52,977 nt of DNA from Aeromicrobium sp. GTDB lineage: Bacteria; Actinomycetota; Actinomycetes; Propionibacteriales; Nocardioidaceae. Shown in pieces: positions 29,634 through 40,586 of the stretch. The stretch is from NCBI RefSeq assembly GCF_025965075.1, contig NZ_JAOPXQ010000102.1:1-52977 (forward strand), written 5' to 3'. Numbering within the stretch: position 1 is the first letter of the stretch; each line of letters starts with the position of its first letter. The position numbers were made by a program, and so were the translations under genes. The notes below the pieces were generated by a model, which ran no database searches, was not told the DNA's origin, and saw only the letters and a list, made by a program, of their open reading frames with translations.

Positions 29634-29930
29634 ATGGCGAACGTCAACGTCACCTACGAAGACATGCGCGGTGCAGCGACCAACCTCAAGGGTGGTCAGC
29701 ACGAGATCGAGGGCACGCTCGACAAGCTCAAGTCCCTCGTCGAGGAGCTGGTCAGCGGCGGATACGTCACCGACAAGTCCTCCAAGGCGTTCAACACCTC
29801 CTACGAGGAGTTCAACAAGGGCGCACGCCAGTGCATCGAAGGTCTGACCGGCATGGGCGAGTACCTCACGAAGGCCGCCCAGGCCCTCGAGGACACCGAC
29901 GAGCAGCTCGCGTCGGCCCTCAACGGCTGA
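29634..29930 (+). CDS. WXG100-family protein (GYVT turn variant)
   Basis: 98 aa helix-turn-helix hairpin; MANVNVTYEDMR N-terminus; central GYVT; C-terminal LEDTDEQLA; RBS GAAAGG. Confidence 0.88.
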   Translation: MANVNVTYEDMRGAATNLKGGQHEIEGTLDKLKSLVEELVSGGYVTDKSSKAFNTSYEEFNKGARQCIEGLTGMGEYLTKAAQALEDTDEQLASALNG

Positions 29931-29960
29931 TCCCAGCACTGCCGCCGACGGCACAAGCTC

Positions 29961-29996
29961 GACGAGGGCACCCGGGGACTCCCGGGTGCCTTCGTC
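29961..29996 (+). terminator. 16-bp hairpin after the WXG100 gene
   Basis: GACGAGGGCACCCGGG-gact-CCCGGGTGCCTTCGTC (one G-U pair), enclosed by an outer GCCGACGG/CCGTCGGC pair (29944/30016). Confidence 0.75.
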
Positions 29997-30054
29997 ATTC
30001 CCGCCCCACCGTCGGCAAGCAGACACCGGGCACCGGTTGCCCTACGTTGGGCAC

Positions 30055-30492
30055 ATGGGTATCGGGGGAGATCCGCAGGACGTCCGCGCGGTGGCACGAC
30101 GCATACGGTCGTGGGCCGACGAGGTCGACGACGACGCGACCTCGGTCCGGCAGGCCAAGCAGATCGACTGGAAGAGCACGGCGGCGTCCTCGTTCGTCGA
30201 GAAGATCGAGACCCGGTGCGACGAGGTGACGGCGGTCGCCGAGTCGATGCGGGACGCTGCCGACGCCGTCGACCACCTCGCCGACGTCCTCGAGGACCGG
30301 CAGGACACCCTGAACGACCTGCTGGAGAAGGCCGGCAAGACGCTGGCCGACGCCGAGGACATGGTGCGTGACGGGGTCACCGACCTGATCGGCGGTGTCA
30401 CCTCGCTGGCCGACGAGGCCAGGAAGAAGGCCGAGGACCTCAAGGACGGGCTGGTCGACGGCGGCAAGAAGCTCCTGGGAGGTGTGCTGTGA
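30055..30492 (+). CDS. WXG100-like helical T7SS partner protein
   Basis: Start ATG 30055, 6 nt after TACGTT; GDPQDVRAVARRIR...DWKSTAASSF (WxS turn); acidic helical tail. Confidence 0.7.
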   Translation: MGIGGDPQDVRAVARRIRSWADEVDDDATSVRQAKQIDWKSTAASSFVEKIETRCDEVTAVAESMRDAADAVDHLADVLEDRQDTLNDLLEKAGKTLADAEDMVRDGVTDLIGGVTSLADEARKKAEDLKDGLVDGGKKLLGGVL

Positions 30493-31271
30493 GCCCCACC
30501 TTCAGCCGCATCGACGGCGTGCCGCGCGTCCGGCTCGACGAGCCCGACTGGGCGTCGGTCGTCGCGGCAACGGGCGTGCCGGCCGCCGCGCTGGGCGCGC
30601 TCACCCCGTTGACCGCCGACGACGCCGAGGCCGACCCGACGATGGTCGCGGCCGCAGCGCTGGCGCTGGGCTCGGCCCGCGTGCGCGTGGACGTCACGAC
30701 GGTGTCGGGGGACCGCGGCGTCGTGGCGAGCCTCGGCAGCGACGGGACGACATCGGCCATCGCCAACCGCATCCTGGTCCTCCCCGGTGGCGGTGAGCCG
30801 ACCCGGCTCGCGCCCGGCGTGGAGCTCAGCGTGCTCGACCAGCGGCACCTGCTCATCGAGGTCATGCGCCTGGTGCCGCCCGACCCGCCGCTCGCCCCGG
30901 ACGACCCGGGACCGGTCGTGGCACTTCCGCACACCGACGCCCTGGTGCTGACCGAGGCCGTCCGCTCCGGCGACGACGCGGTCGCCCGCCAGGTCGCGAC
31001 GGAGCAGGGCTGGGACGAGGTGCCGCCGGTGCTCGAGGCGCTCGCGGACGAGGTGCGGGCCAACGTGACCGTCGCGCTGCGGGTCGAGGGGCGCGAGACC
31101 GTCGTGCTGCGCCGCTGGCTGCAGACCGAGCTCGGCTGGGTCGGTCTCGCGATCACCGACGGCGAGGCGGTCCACACGCCCTGCACCCGGGAGGGCCTGG
31201 CCGACGAGCTGCTCTACTCGCTGACCGGCGCGTTCGAGACGGCACTGGCAGGAGCTGGTCTGGATGGGTGA
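30489..31271 (+). CDS. Putative EspG-like T7SS effector chaperone
   Basis: 260 aa with a two-lobed pattern (..VELSV..LLIEVMRLVP..GPVVALP..; ..RWLQTELGWV..HTPCTREGLADEL) resembling EspG; sits between the WXG-like gene and the effector. Confidence 0.5.
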   Translation: MSPTFSRIDGVPRVRLDEPDWASVVAATGVPAAALGALTPLTADDAEADPTMVAAAALALGSARVRVDVTTVSGDRGVVASLGSDGTTSAIANRILVLPGGGEPTRLAPGVELSVLDQRHLLIEVMRLVPPDPPLAPDDPGPVVALPHTDALVLTEAVRSGDDAVARQVATEQGWDEVPPVLEALADEVRANVTVALRVEGRETVVLRRWLQTELGWVGLAITDGEAVHTPCTREGLADELLYSLTGAFETALAGAGLDG

Positions 31272-32736
31272 CGGCGGCGGCATCGAGGTCAGTGGCGGAG
31301 CCGGTGGCGTCACGGCCCACTACGACGACATGTTGAGCTACGCCGACGTGCTGGACACGGCCGGCGACGGCCTGCGCACCGCGAGCGGGCGCGTGGGCGG
31401 TCTGATCACGAGCGGCGACATCGCGCAGGCGGTCGTGCTGTGCCCGGTCGAGGTGGCCCAGGCCGAGGGCGCGATGGTCGCCGCGGCGACCGGGTCCTCG
31501 GGCGCGCTGTGGGCCGGCGGTGAGCTGGAGGTCACGGCCCGCTACCTGCGTACGTCGGTCAGTGCCTACCGGCTCGTCGACGAGAAGCTGGCGCAGCTCG
31601 AGGAGCTCGGTGCGGACGCCGCGGGGTTCGCCCTCGGCGTGGCGTTGCCGGGACTCGCGCTGCTGGGCGGCGCGGGCTACCTCGCGGTCAAGAGCAATCC
31701 GCTGCTGCAGGCGTTGCTGGACGCCGCGGGGGTCGAGGAACCGACCCTCGCCGACCTGCAGGAGACCCTCTACGACAACCCGTGGCTGCTGGAGGCGTTG
31801 ACCCGCATGGCCCCGAGCCTGATCCAGGGCACGAGCTTCACGCTGGCCGGGCTGCTCGGGCCGGCCGGCACCGCCGCGTTGATCGCGGCCTCGGGCGGCA
31901 ACTGGCCCTCGACGGACTATCCCTCCGCGATCGCGGGGCTGCTGTCGATCGCGGGGCTCGCGGGCATGTTGGAGGACACCGGCGAGTTCACGGTCGACCG
32001 GGTGCCGGGTGATGCCGGCCAGGTCGACATCACCCAGGAGAACATCGTCGCCTCGATCTTCCGCGGGCAGAGCGAGGCGAGCAACGAGCCGGGCCAGGTG
32101 CAGGTCATCGAGGTGCCCCAGCCCGACGGCTCGTCGTCGTACATCGTGCAGATCCCCGGGACCCAGGAGTGGGACCCGGCCCGCGGCGACAACCCGATCG
32201 ACCTGACGACCAACGTCAACCTCATGGCGATGCAGGGCAGCACCGTCATGGAGCAGCAGGTGGCCGACGCGATGGAGGCAGCCGGGATCAAGAAGGGCGA
32301 TCCGGTGATGATGACGGGGCACAGCCAGGGCGGCATCACCGCCGCCGCGATGGCCAGCGACCCCGACATCCAGGCGCGCTACAGCATCACGAGCATCGTG
32401 ACGGGGGGATCCCCGATCGGCCGGTTCGACATCCCGGACGGTGTCTCGGTGCTGTCGCTGGAGCACGACCAGGACGTCGTGCCGATGCTCGACGGCGTCG
32501 AGAACCCGGACCGCCCCAACTGGGTCACGGTCAACCGCGAGCTCAGCGATGCCGAGGGGACCGACGAAGGGGTGCGCGGAGCGGGTGCGGCCCACTCCGT
32601 GCCCAACTACACCAAGACCGGCACCGAGGTCGACGCCTCGAGCTCGGCGACCCTCGAGCAGTGGCGCGAGGACAACGCCCAGTTCATGGGCGAGGACGCC
32701 GAGATCACCCGCTACCAGATCTCCCCGGTGGGTTGA
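31264..32736 (+). CDS. Putative T7SS effector: helical N-terminal domain plus alpha/beta-hydrolase (lipase-like) domain
   Basis: YIVQIPGT, nucleophile GHSQGG, VTGGSP, HDQDVVP (Asp), AAHS (His); no Sec signal; helical HYDDMLSYADVL N-terminus. Confidence 0.75.
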   Translation: MGDGGGIEVSGGAGGVTAHYDDMLSYADVLDTAGDGLRTASGRVGGLITSGDIAQAVVLCPVEVAQAEGAMVAAATGSSGALWAGGELEVTARYLRTSVSAYRLVDEKLAQLEELGADAAGFALGVALPGLALLGGAGYLAVKSNPLLQALLDAAGVEEPTLADLQETLYDNPWLLEALTRMAPSLIQGTSFTLAGLLGPAGTAALIAASGGNWPSTDYPSAIAGLLSIAGLAGMLEDTGEFTVDRVPGDAGQVDITQENIVASIFRGQSEASNEPGQVQVIEVPQPDGSSSYIVQIPGTQEWDPARGDNPIDLTTNVNLMAMQGSTVMEQQVADAMEAAGIKKGDPVMMTGHSQGGITAAAMASDPDIQARYSITSIVTGGSPIGRFDIPDGVSVLSLEHDQDVVPMLDGVENPDRPNWVTVNRELSDAEGTDEGVRGAGAAHSVPNYTKTGTEVDASSSATLEQWREDNAQFMGEDAEITRYQISPVG

Positions 32737-32738
32737 GG

Positions 32739-33173
32739 ATGCGGACCACGATCATCGCCGTCCTGCTGGGGCTCCTCCTGGCGGTCTCGTCGGGCGGGTG
32801 CACGAAGGACGATGATGGTCCCGTGAAGCCCGACTACACCCCGCTCGCCGACACCGAGCTCGTCCGGCAGATCGAGGCGGTCCCGGGCGTCGCCGCGGTC
32901 GACGTGAAGTTCCGGAAGTCGTTCACCGACGGCACCGGCTACTACGGGACGATCACGGTCGACGAGGACGCCGACGCCGCCGCTGCCCTCGACCACACCT
33001 ACGCGATCCTGCGACAGGGTCGTTTCGACGTCGTGATCACGGTGTCCGCCCGGCAGGGCAGGAAGGTCGTCTTCAGCGATGCCTTCGGCCTGGCCGCGGG
33101 CGTCGAGCCCGACCTGACGGAACGCTACGGACCGCAGCCCGGCGACGGGAAGCCGCCGGCTTCCGGCGGTTGA
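32739..33173 (+). CDS. Lipoprotein, putative immunity protein
   Basis: MRTTIIAVLLGLLLAVSSGG|C lipoprotein-type signal; starts 2 nt after the effector stop codon. Confidence 0.65.
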   Translation: MRTTIIAVLLGLLLAVSSGGCTKDDDGPVKPDYTPLADTELVRQIEAVPGVAAVDVKFRKSFTDGTGYYGTITVDEDADAAAALDHTYAILRQGRFDVVITVSARQGRKVVFSDAFGLAAGVEPDLTERYGPQPGDGKPPASGG

Positions 33174-33209
33174 GCCGCGCTCGGGGGCGGCGACTACGCT
33201 GGGAGGGCG

Positions 33210-34415
33210 ATGACCGAGCCACGCCCCACGACGTACCTCGACCATGCGGCGACGACGCCCATGGTCCCCGAGGCGATCGCGGCGTTGGCCGCGCAGATGG
33301 CCGTGACCGGCAACGCCTCGTCGCTGCACGCCTCGGGCCGCGCCGCCCGGCGTACCGTCGAGGAGGCCCGTGAGCTGATCGCCGAGCGGTTCGGCGCCCG
33401 GCCCAGCGAGGTCGTGTTCTGCTCCGGCGGCACGGAGGCCAACAACCTGGCGATCAAGGGTCTCTACTGGTCGCGGCGGGCCCAGGACCCCGCCCGCCGG
33501 CGCATCGTGTTCAGCTCGATCGAGCACCACGCGCTCCTCGACCCGGTCACGTGGCTCGCGAAGCACGAGCACGCCGACGTCGAGATGACCCCCGTCGACA
33601 AGCACGGCCGGATCCTGGTCGACGACCTGCGCGCCGCGGTCGAGCGGGACCCGGCGAGCATCACGGCCGTCACGACGATGTGGGCCAACAACGAGATGGG
33701 CACGATCCAGCCGATCGCCGACGTCGTGGAGATCGCCCAGGCGTACGACATCCCTGTCCACAGCGACGCCGTGCAGGCCGCCGGCTACCTGCCGCTCGAC
33801 TTCGCCGCCAGCGGGCTCGACGCCATGACGATCACGGCGCACAAGCTCGGGGGACCGGTCGGTGTCGGCGCCCTCGTCATCGGCCGGGAGATCGACGCGA
33901 CCCCGCTGCTGCACGGCGGTGGGCAGGAGCGGGACCTGCGCTCCGGCACGGTGAGCGTCCCGCTGATCGCCGCGTTCGCCGCCGCCGTCGACGTCACGCT
34001 GGACCGGCAGGCCGAGATCGTCGCGCGGATCGAGTCGCTGCGCCGCCGCCTCGTCGAGGGCATCGTCCGGGTCGTCCCCGACGCGATCGTCAACGGTGAC
34101 CCCGAGCCGGGGCCCGAGCACCGCCTGCCCAACATCGCGCACGTGACGTTCCCGGGCTGCGAGGGCGACGCGATGCTGATGCTGCTCGACGCGCAGGGGA
34201 TCGAGTGCTCGACCGGCTCGGCGTGCGCTGCCGGCGTGCCCCAGCCCAGCCACGTGCTGCTCGCCATGGGCTACGACGAGGTCGCGGCACGCGGATCGCT
34301 GCGGTTCAGCCTCGGCCACACCTCGACCGAGGCCGACGTCGACCGGGTCCTCGCGGCCCTGCCGGCGGTCCACCAGCGGGCCCAGCGGGCCTCGCTGGTG
34401 CGGAGCTCGTCGTGA
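33210..34415 (+). CDS. iscS: Cysteine desulfurase (IscS-like), mnmA-associated
   Basis: [38 protein letters not shown]; GTGA overlap with mnmA. Confidence 0.93.
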   Translation: MTEPRPTTYLDHAATTPMVPEAIAALAAQMAVTGNASSLHASGRAARRTVEEARELIAERFGARPSEVVFCSGGTEANNLAIKGLYWSRRAQDPARRRIVFSSIEHHALLDPVTWLAKHEHADVEMTPVDKHGRILVDDLRAAVERDPASITAVTTMWANNEMGTIQPIADVVEIAQAYDIPVHSDAVQAAGYLPLDFAASGLDAMTITAHKLGGPVGVGALVIGREIDATPLLHGGGQERDLRSGTVSVPLIAAFAAAVDVTLDRQAEIVARIESLRRRLVEGIVRVVPDAIVNGDPEPGPEHRLPNIAHVTFPGCEGDAMLMLLDAQGIECSTGSACAAGVPQPSHVLLAMGYDEVAARGSLRFSLGHTSTEADVDRVLAALPAVHQRAQRASLVRSSS

Positions 34416-35500
34416 GGGTCGTCGCCGCCATGTCGGGCGGGGTCGACTCCGCCGTCGCTGCCGCGCGGGCGGTCGACGCGGGGCACGATGTCACGGGCGT
34501 CCACCTCGCGCTGAGCCGCAACCCCCGGTCGTACCGGTCCGGCGCCCGCGGCTGCTGCTCGATCGAGGACGCCGGCGACGCCCGACGTGCCGCCGACCAG
34601 CTCGGGATCCCGTTCTACGTGTGGGACATGAGCGAGGAGTTCGCCGACAACGTCGTCGACGACTTCATCGCGGAGTACACCGCCGGACGCACGCCCAACC
34701 CGTGCCTGCGCTGCAATGAGAAGATCAAGTTCGCCGCAGTGCTCGACCGGGCCCTGGCGCTGGGCTTCGATGCCGTCGCGACCGGCCACTACGCCCAGCT
34801 GGAGACCGCCGCGGACGGCACGATCGAGATGCACCGGGCGATCGACATGGGCAAGGACCAGTCCTACGTCCTGGGCGTCCTGACGCAGGAGCAGCTGGCG
34901 CACTCGCTGTTCCCCCTCGGTGACACGACCAAGGACGTCGTGCGCGCCGAGGCCGCGCGCCGGGGCATCCAGGTCGCGACCAAGCCCGACAGCCACGACA
35001 TCTGCTTCATCCCCGACGGTGACAACGCCGGCTGGCTCGGCGAGAAGCTGGGCCCGAAGCCCGGGACGATCGTCGACGAGGACGGCACGGTCCTGCGCGA
35101 GCACGACGGGGCGTACGCGTTCACGATCGGTCAGCGCCGCGGCCTGCGCCTCGGGATCCCCGCCGACGACGGCAAGCCCCGGTTCGTCCTGGACATCGAG
35201 CCGGTCAGCGGCACCGTCACGGTCGGCTCCCGCGAGGCGCTCGCGGTCGACGCGCTGGAGTGCATCAAGCCCCTGTGGTGCGGGGCCGCCCCGACCGGGA
35301 CGCTCAACTGCACCGTCCAGCTGCGGGCCCACGGCGACGAGCACCGGGCCCGGGTCATGGTGTCCGGCCCCGACGTCCGGGTCGAGCTGATCGACCCCGC
35401 CTCCGGCATCGCCCCGGGCCAGGCCTGCGTCATCTACGCCGGCACCCGCGTCGTCGGCTCCGCCACGATCTCCGCCACGACCCGGGTGGCGGTGCACTAG
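34412..35500 (+). CDS. mnmA: tRNA 2-thiouridylase MnmA
   Basis: [43 protein letters not shown]. Confidence 0.97.
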   Translation: MRVVAAMSGGVDSAVAAARAVDAGHDVTGVHLALSRNPRSYRSGARGCCSIEDAGDARRAADQLGIPFYVWDMSEEFADNVVDDFIAEYTAGRTPNPCLRCNEKIKFAAVLDRALALGFDAVATGHYAQLETAADGTIEMHRAIDMGKDQSYVLGVLTQEQLAHSLFPLGDTTKDVVRAEAARRGIQVATKPDSHDICFIPDGDNAGWLGEKLGPKPGTIVDEDGTVLREHDGAYAFTIGQRRGLRLGIPADDGKPRFVLDIEPVSGTVTVGSREALAVDALECIKPLWCGAAPTGTLNCTVQLRAHGDEHRARVMVSGPDVRVELIDPASGIAPGQACVIYAGTRVVGSATISATTRVAVH

Positions 35501-35610
35501 CGTCCACCTCGGGCTTCCTCGGCGTCGGCGCGGTGCGCTGGCGTCCAGCTCGGCGGCAGAAGTGGATGCCAGTGCACCCGCCCCCACGGGTCGGTGGACG
35601 CCAACGCACC
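35491..35610. repeat. REP-like element of 2+2 inverted 18-bp units
   Basis: GGTGCACTAGCGTCCACC (35491) and GGTGCGCTGGCGTCCAGC (35532), then inverted copies at 35561-35578 and 35593-35610. Confidence 0.75.
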
Positions 35611-35635
35611 ACCCACCCCACAGACAGGACCTCAC

Positions 35636-36613
35636 ATGGCGCTCGCCACCGGCATCGGCTCGATGCCCGGCACGGACTTCGCGGAGTCGCTGCGCCTCGT
35701 GCTCGACACCGTCGGGGACCTCCCGTACGTCCCCGAGCTCCCGGCGCGTGGCGTGCACGCCGGGATGATCGGCCGGACCCTGGCGGTCCTGGACGGGCTC
35801 CACGCCGACCTGCAGCCGGACGGCTGGCGGATCGGAGTGGGGGAGGGCGCCGACCTGCGCCGGGCCCGGTCGCTCCTGGCCCAGGACCTGGACGTCGCCG
35901 AGGAGCTCGCCGGCACCCGGCAGGGCCCGCTCAAGCTCCAGGTCACCGGCCCGATGACGCTGGCCGCGACGGTCGAACGGCCCCGCGGTGACAAGATGCT
36001 CGCCGACCACGGCGCCCGCCGGGAGATCAGCGAGTCCCTCGCGCAGGGGCTGCGGACCCACGTCGCGGACGCCCGTCGCCGGTTCCCGGGCGCCGACCTC
36101 GTGGTGCAGGTCGACGAACCGGCGATCACGGCGGTCCTCACCGGCGGGATCCCCACGGCGAGCGGGTTCTCCCGTCACCGCAGCGTCCACCCGCCGGAGG
36201 CCGACGCGCTGCTGCGCACCGTCGTCGAGGCGATCACCGACTCCGGTGCCCGCGCCGCAGTCCACTCCTGCGCGCCGGACGTGCCCGTCGAGCTGCTGGC
36301 CGGGGCCGGGTTCAGCGCGATCTCGTTCGACCTCGGGCAGGTCCGCCCCGCCGACGTGTGGGCGGAGTCGTTCGAGCGGGGCGTCGACCTGTGGTTCGGT
36401 GTCGTCCCGTCGACCGACACGACGGGCGTCACCGGCAAGGCCCTGGCCGAGCGAGTCGCGACGTTCTTCGGCCACTTCGGCTTCGACCAGGAGACGTACG
36501 CGCCCCGGCTCGTCGTGACCCCCACGTGCGGCCTGGCCGGGGCGTCACCGGACTGGGTGCGCGCCGCGCTCGGCGGGGCGTACGAGGTCGCGGAGCGCCT
36601 GTCGGGCCACTGA
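35636..36613 (+). CDS. Single-domain cobalamin-independent methionine synthase-like protein
   Basis: ATGIGSMPG, PELPARG, KLQVTGP.TL, QVDEP; Zn-ligand candidates VHSC and TPTCGL. Confidence 0.82.
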   Translation: MALATGIGSMPGTDFAESLRLVLDTVGDLPYVPELPARGVHAGMIGRTLAVLDGLHADLQPDGWRIGVGEGADLRRARSLLAQDLDVAEELAGTRQGPLKLQVTGPMTLAATVERPRGDKMLADHGARREISESLAQGLRTHVADARRRFPGADLVVQVDEPAITAVLTGGIPTASGFSRHRSVHPPEADALLRTVVEAITDSGARAAVHSCAPDVPVELLAGAGFSAISFDLGQVRPADVWAESFERGVDLWFGVVPSTDTTGVTGKALAERVATFFGHFGFDQETYAPRLVVTPTCGLAGASPDWVRAALGGAYEVAERLSGH

Positions 36614-36662
36614 GGTCGTGACGCGTCCGGCCGAGCAGGAAACCGTCGCGGGTCGAGGATAA

Positions 36663-38762
<2,100 letters not shown>

Positions 38763-38778
38763 CCGTCATACTGGACCC

Positions 38779-39027
38779 ATGCTGCAGATCCGCCCGAGCT
38801 GCGAGTGCTGCGACCGCGACCTCGCCCCGGACTCGACCGACGTCCTGATCTGCACCTACGAGTGCACGTGGTGTCGCGAGTGCGCCGAGACGGTCCTGCA
38901 CGGTGTGTGCCCCAACTGCGGCGGTGAGCTCGTGCGCCGTCCCATCCCCTCGGCCCGGCGGCTGGCCCAGGACCCGCCGTCGACCGAGCGCGTGTTCAAC
39001 CCCGACTGCCGGCCGGTGCGCGCGTGA
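38779..39027 (+). CDS. DUF1272-like Cys-rich small protein
   Basis: MLQIRPSCECCDRDL...ICTYECTWC..C...CPNCGGELVRRP. Confidence 0.85.
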   Translation: MLQIRPSCECCDRDLAPDSTDVLICTYECTWCRECAETVLHGVCPNCGGELVRRPIPSARRLAQDPPSTERVFNPDCRPVRA

Positions 39028-39656
39028 ACGACGCCGATCTCGTGCGGGCCGTGCAGGCGATCTTCGACGCCGACGATCCCGCCGACGGCATCGACCGCAG
39101 CGACGGCCTCGGCGAGGACCACCGCATCGAGTCCCTGCGCGTCGTGGCGGGTGAGGACGGCTTCGACGATCTCGAGGTCACGGTCGCCGTCGACGGACGA
39201 CGCGTCGTCTCGCGGCTCCTGTTCGACCGGGCCTGGCGGGCCGAGAGCGGCCTCGACGACCCGCCGGCGTACGCCGCCTTCGTCGTCGCGAGGTGGCGCT
39301 CGGCCCGGATCGACGGAGCCCGGTCGACCGGCGCGCCGGCACCGGATCCCGTGACGTACGCCGAGCTCGAGCACGCCCTGCGCCGACGTCACGCCGGGGC
39401 CACGCGCACCCGGTTCGGCGTGCTCGAGGGGGTCGGCGAGGACGGCGAGCCGTTCTTCGTCCACGTGACGCCGCGGGAGTGGCGCCAGTTCGCCGCGGAC
39501 CGCCCCGACCCGGTCGGGGACCTCGAGGAGAGGATCGACGCCCGCTGGGACGACGAGGCGCACATCGTGTTCTTCCGCGGCGACTTCCACCGCTCGATCC
39601 GGGCCGAGCTGCCGCCGGTCCGCAGCATGCTGCTGCGCGAGGACGCGAGCGGCTAG
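39024..39656 (+). CDS. Hypothetical protein
   Basis: Overlaps both neighbours (GTGA, TAGTG); typical codon usage; no recognised motif. Confidence 0.65.
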   Translation: MNDADLVRAVQAIFDADDPADGIDRSDGLGEDHRIESLRVVAGEDGFDDLEVTVAVDGRRVVSRLLFDRAWRAESGLDDPPAYAAFVVARWRSARIDGARSTGAPAPDPVTYAELEHALRRRHAGATRTRFGVLEGVGEDGEPFFVHVTPREWRQFAADRPDPVGDLEERIDARWDDEAHIVFFRGDFHRSIRAELPPVRSMLLREDASG

Positions 39657-40576
39657 TGCCTCCTCGCTCACCGCTCCCGCCGCGCCACGGGCTCGGCGCG
39701 GCCTGGTTGCGCACGCCCGACCGCGACGAACCGTGGCCCGAGCCGTGGCCCACGATGGGGGCGTGGCTCCGGCACCGGCTGCCCGAGCGGGTCGACGTCA
39801 CGCAGATGCTGTCCGCCGAGCGGTTCGTGTACGACACGGGGCTCCCGGTCGCGGAGGGGCACGCCTACGAACCGCACACGTTCGTGTGGTTCCACCGGGA
39901 CCTGCCCGACGAGGCGCAGGTCCCCGGCCGGATCCACGTCGTGCACCGCGACGAGCGGCTCGTCGTGGTCGACAAGCCGGCGTTCCTGTCATCGATCCCG
40001 CGGGGTCGGCACGTCCGGCAGAGCGTCGTGGTCCGGCTCCGGGACGAGCTGGGGCTGCCCGAGCTGTCGCCCCTGCACCGGCTGGACCGGGTCACGTCGG
40101 GGCTGCTGATGCTCGCCACCGAGCGGCGCTGGCGGGGCGCCTACCAGTCGATGTTCCAGGACGGCACGGTCCGCAAGACGTACTGGGCGCTGGCGCCGCT
40201 GCGCGCCGACCTCGAGCTGCCTGTCGTGATCCGCAACCACGTGACGAAGCGTCGTGGCGTGTGGCAGGCGGAGGTCGTGCCGGGTGCACCGGTCAACGCC
40301 GAGACCGAGGTCGTGCTGGAGCGGACCGTCGGTGACCGTGGCGTCTACCGGCTGACCCCGTCGACCGGCCGCACCCACCAGCTGCGGATCCACCTGGCCG
40401 GGCTGGGCATCCCGATCGTCGGCGACCCGCTCTACCCGACCGTGCTCGACATCGCGGTCGACGACTTCGCGGTCCCGCTGCAGCTGCTCGCGGGGGAGCT
40501 GTCGTTCACGGACCCCGTCGACGGGACGCAGCGCGCGTTCCGCAGCGTCCGGTCCCTGCCGCTGACCGCGGACTGA
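39656..40576 (+). CDS. RluA-family pseudouridine synthase
   Basis: Start GTG 39656; VVDKP, HRLDRVTSG (catalytic Asp), TGRTHQLR.H, IVGDPLY. Confidence 0.93.
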   Translation: MPPRSPLPPRHGLGAAWLRTPDRDEPWPEPWPTMGAWLRHRLPERVDVTQMLSAERFVYDTGLPVAEGHAYEPHTFVWFHRDLPDEAQVPGRIHVVHRDERLVVVDKPAFLSSIPRGRHVRQSVVVRLRDELGLPELSPLHRLDRVTSGLLMLATERRWRGAYQSMFQDGTVRKTYWALAPLRADLELPVVIRNHVTKRRGVWQAEVVPGAPVNAETEVVLERTVGDRGVYRLTPSTGRTHQLRIHLAGLGIPIVGDPLYPTVLDIAVDDFAVPLQLLAGELSFTDPVDGTQRAFRSVRSLPLTAD

Positions 40577-40586
40577 GGAGCCGGAC

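Noticed and set aside
29438-29653. 72-aa N-terminal extension of EccC in the ORF track
   Set aside because: It overlaps the divergent promoter region and the WXG100 start; a TATGCT-N7-ATG start at 29437 fits better.
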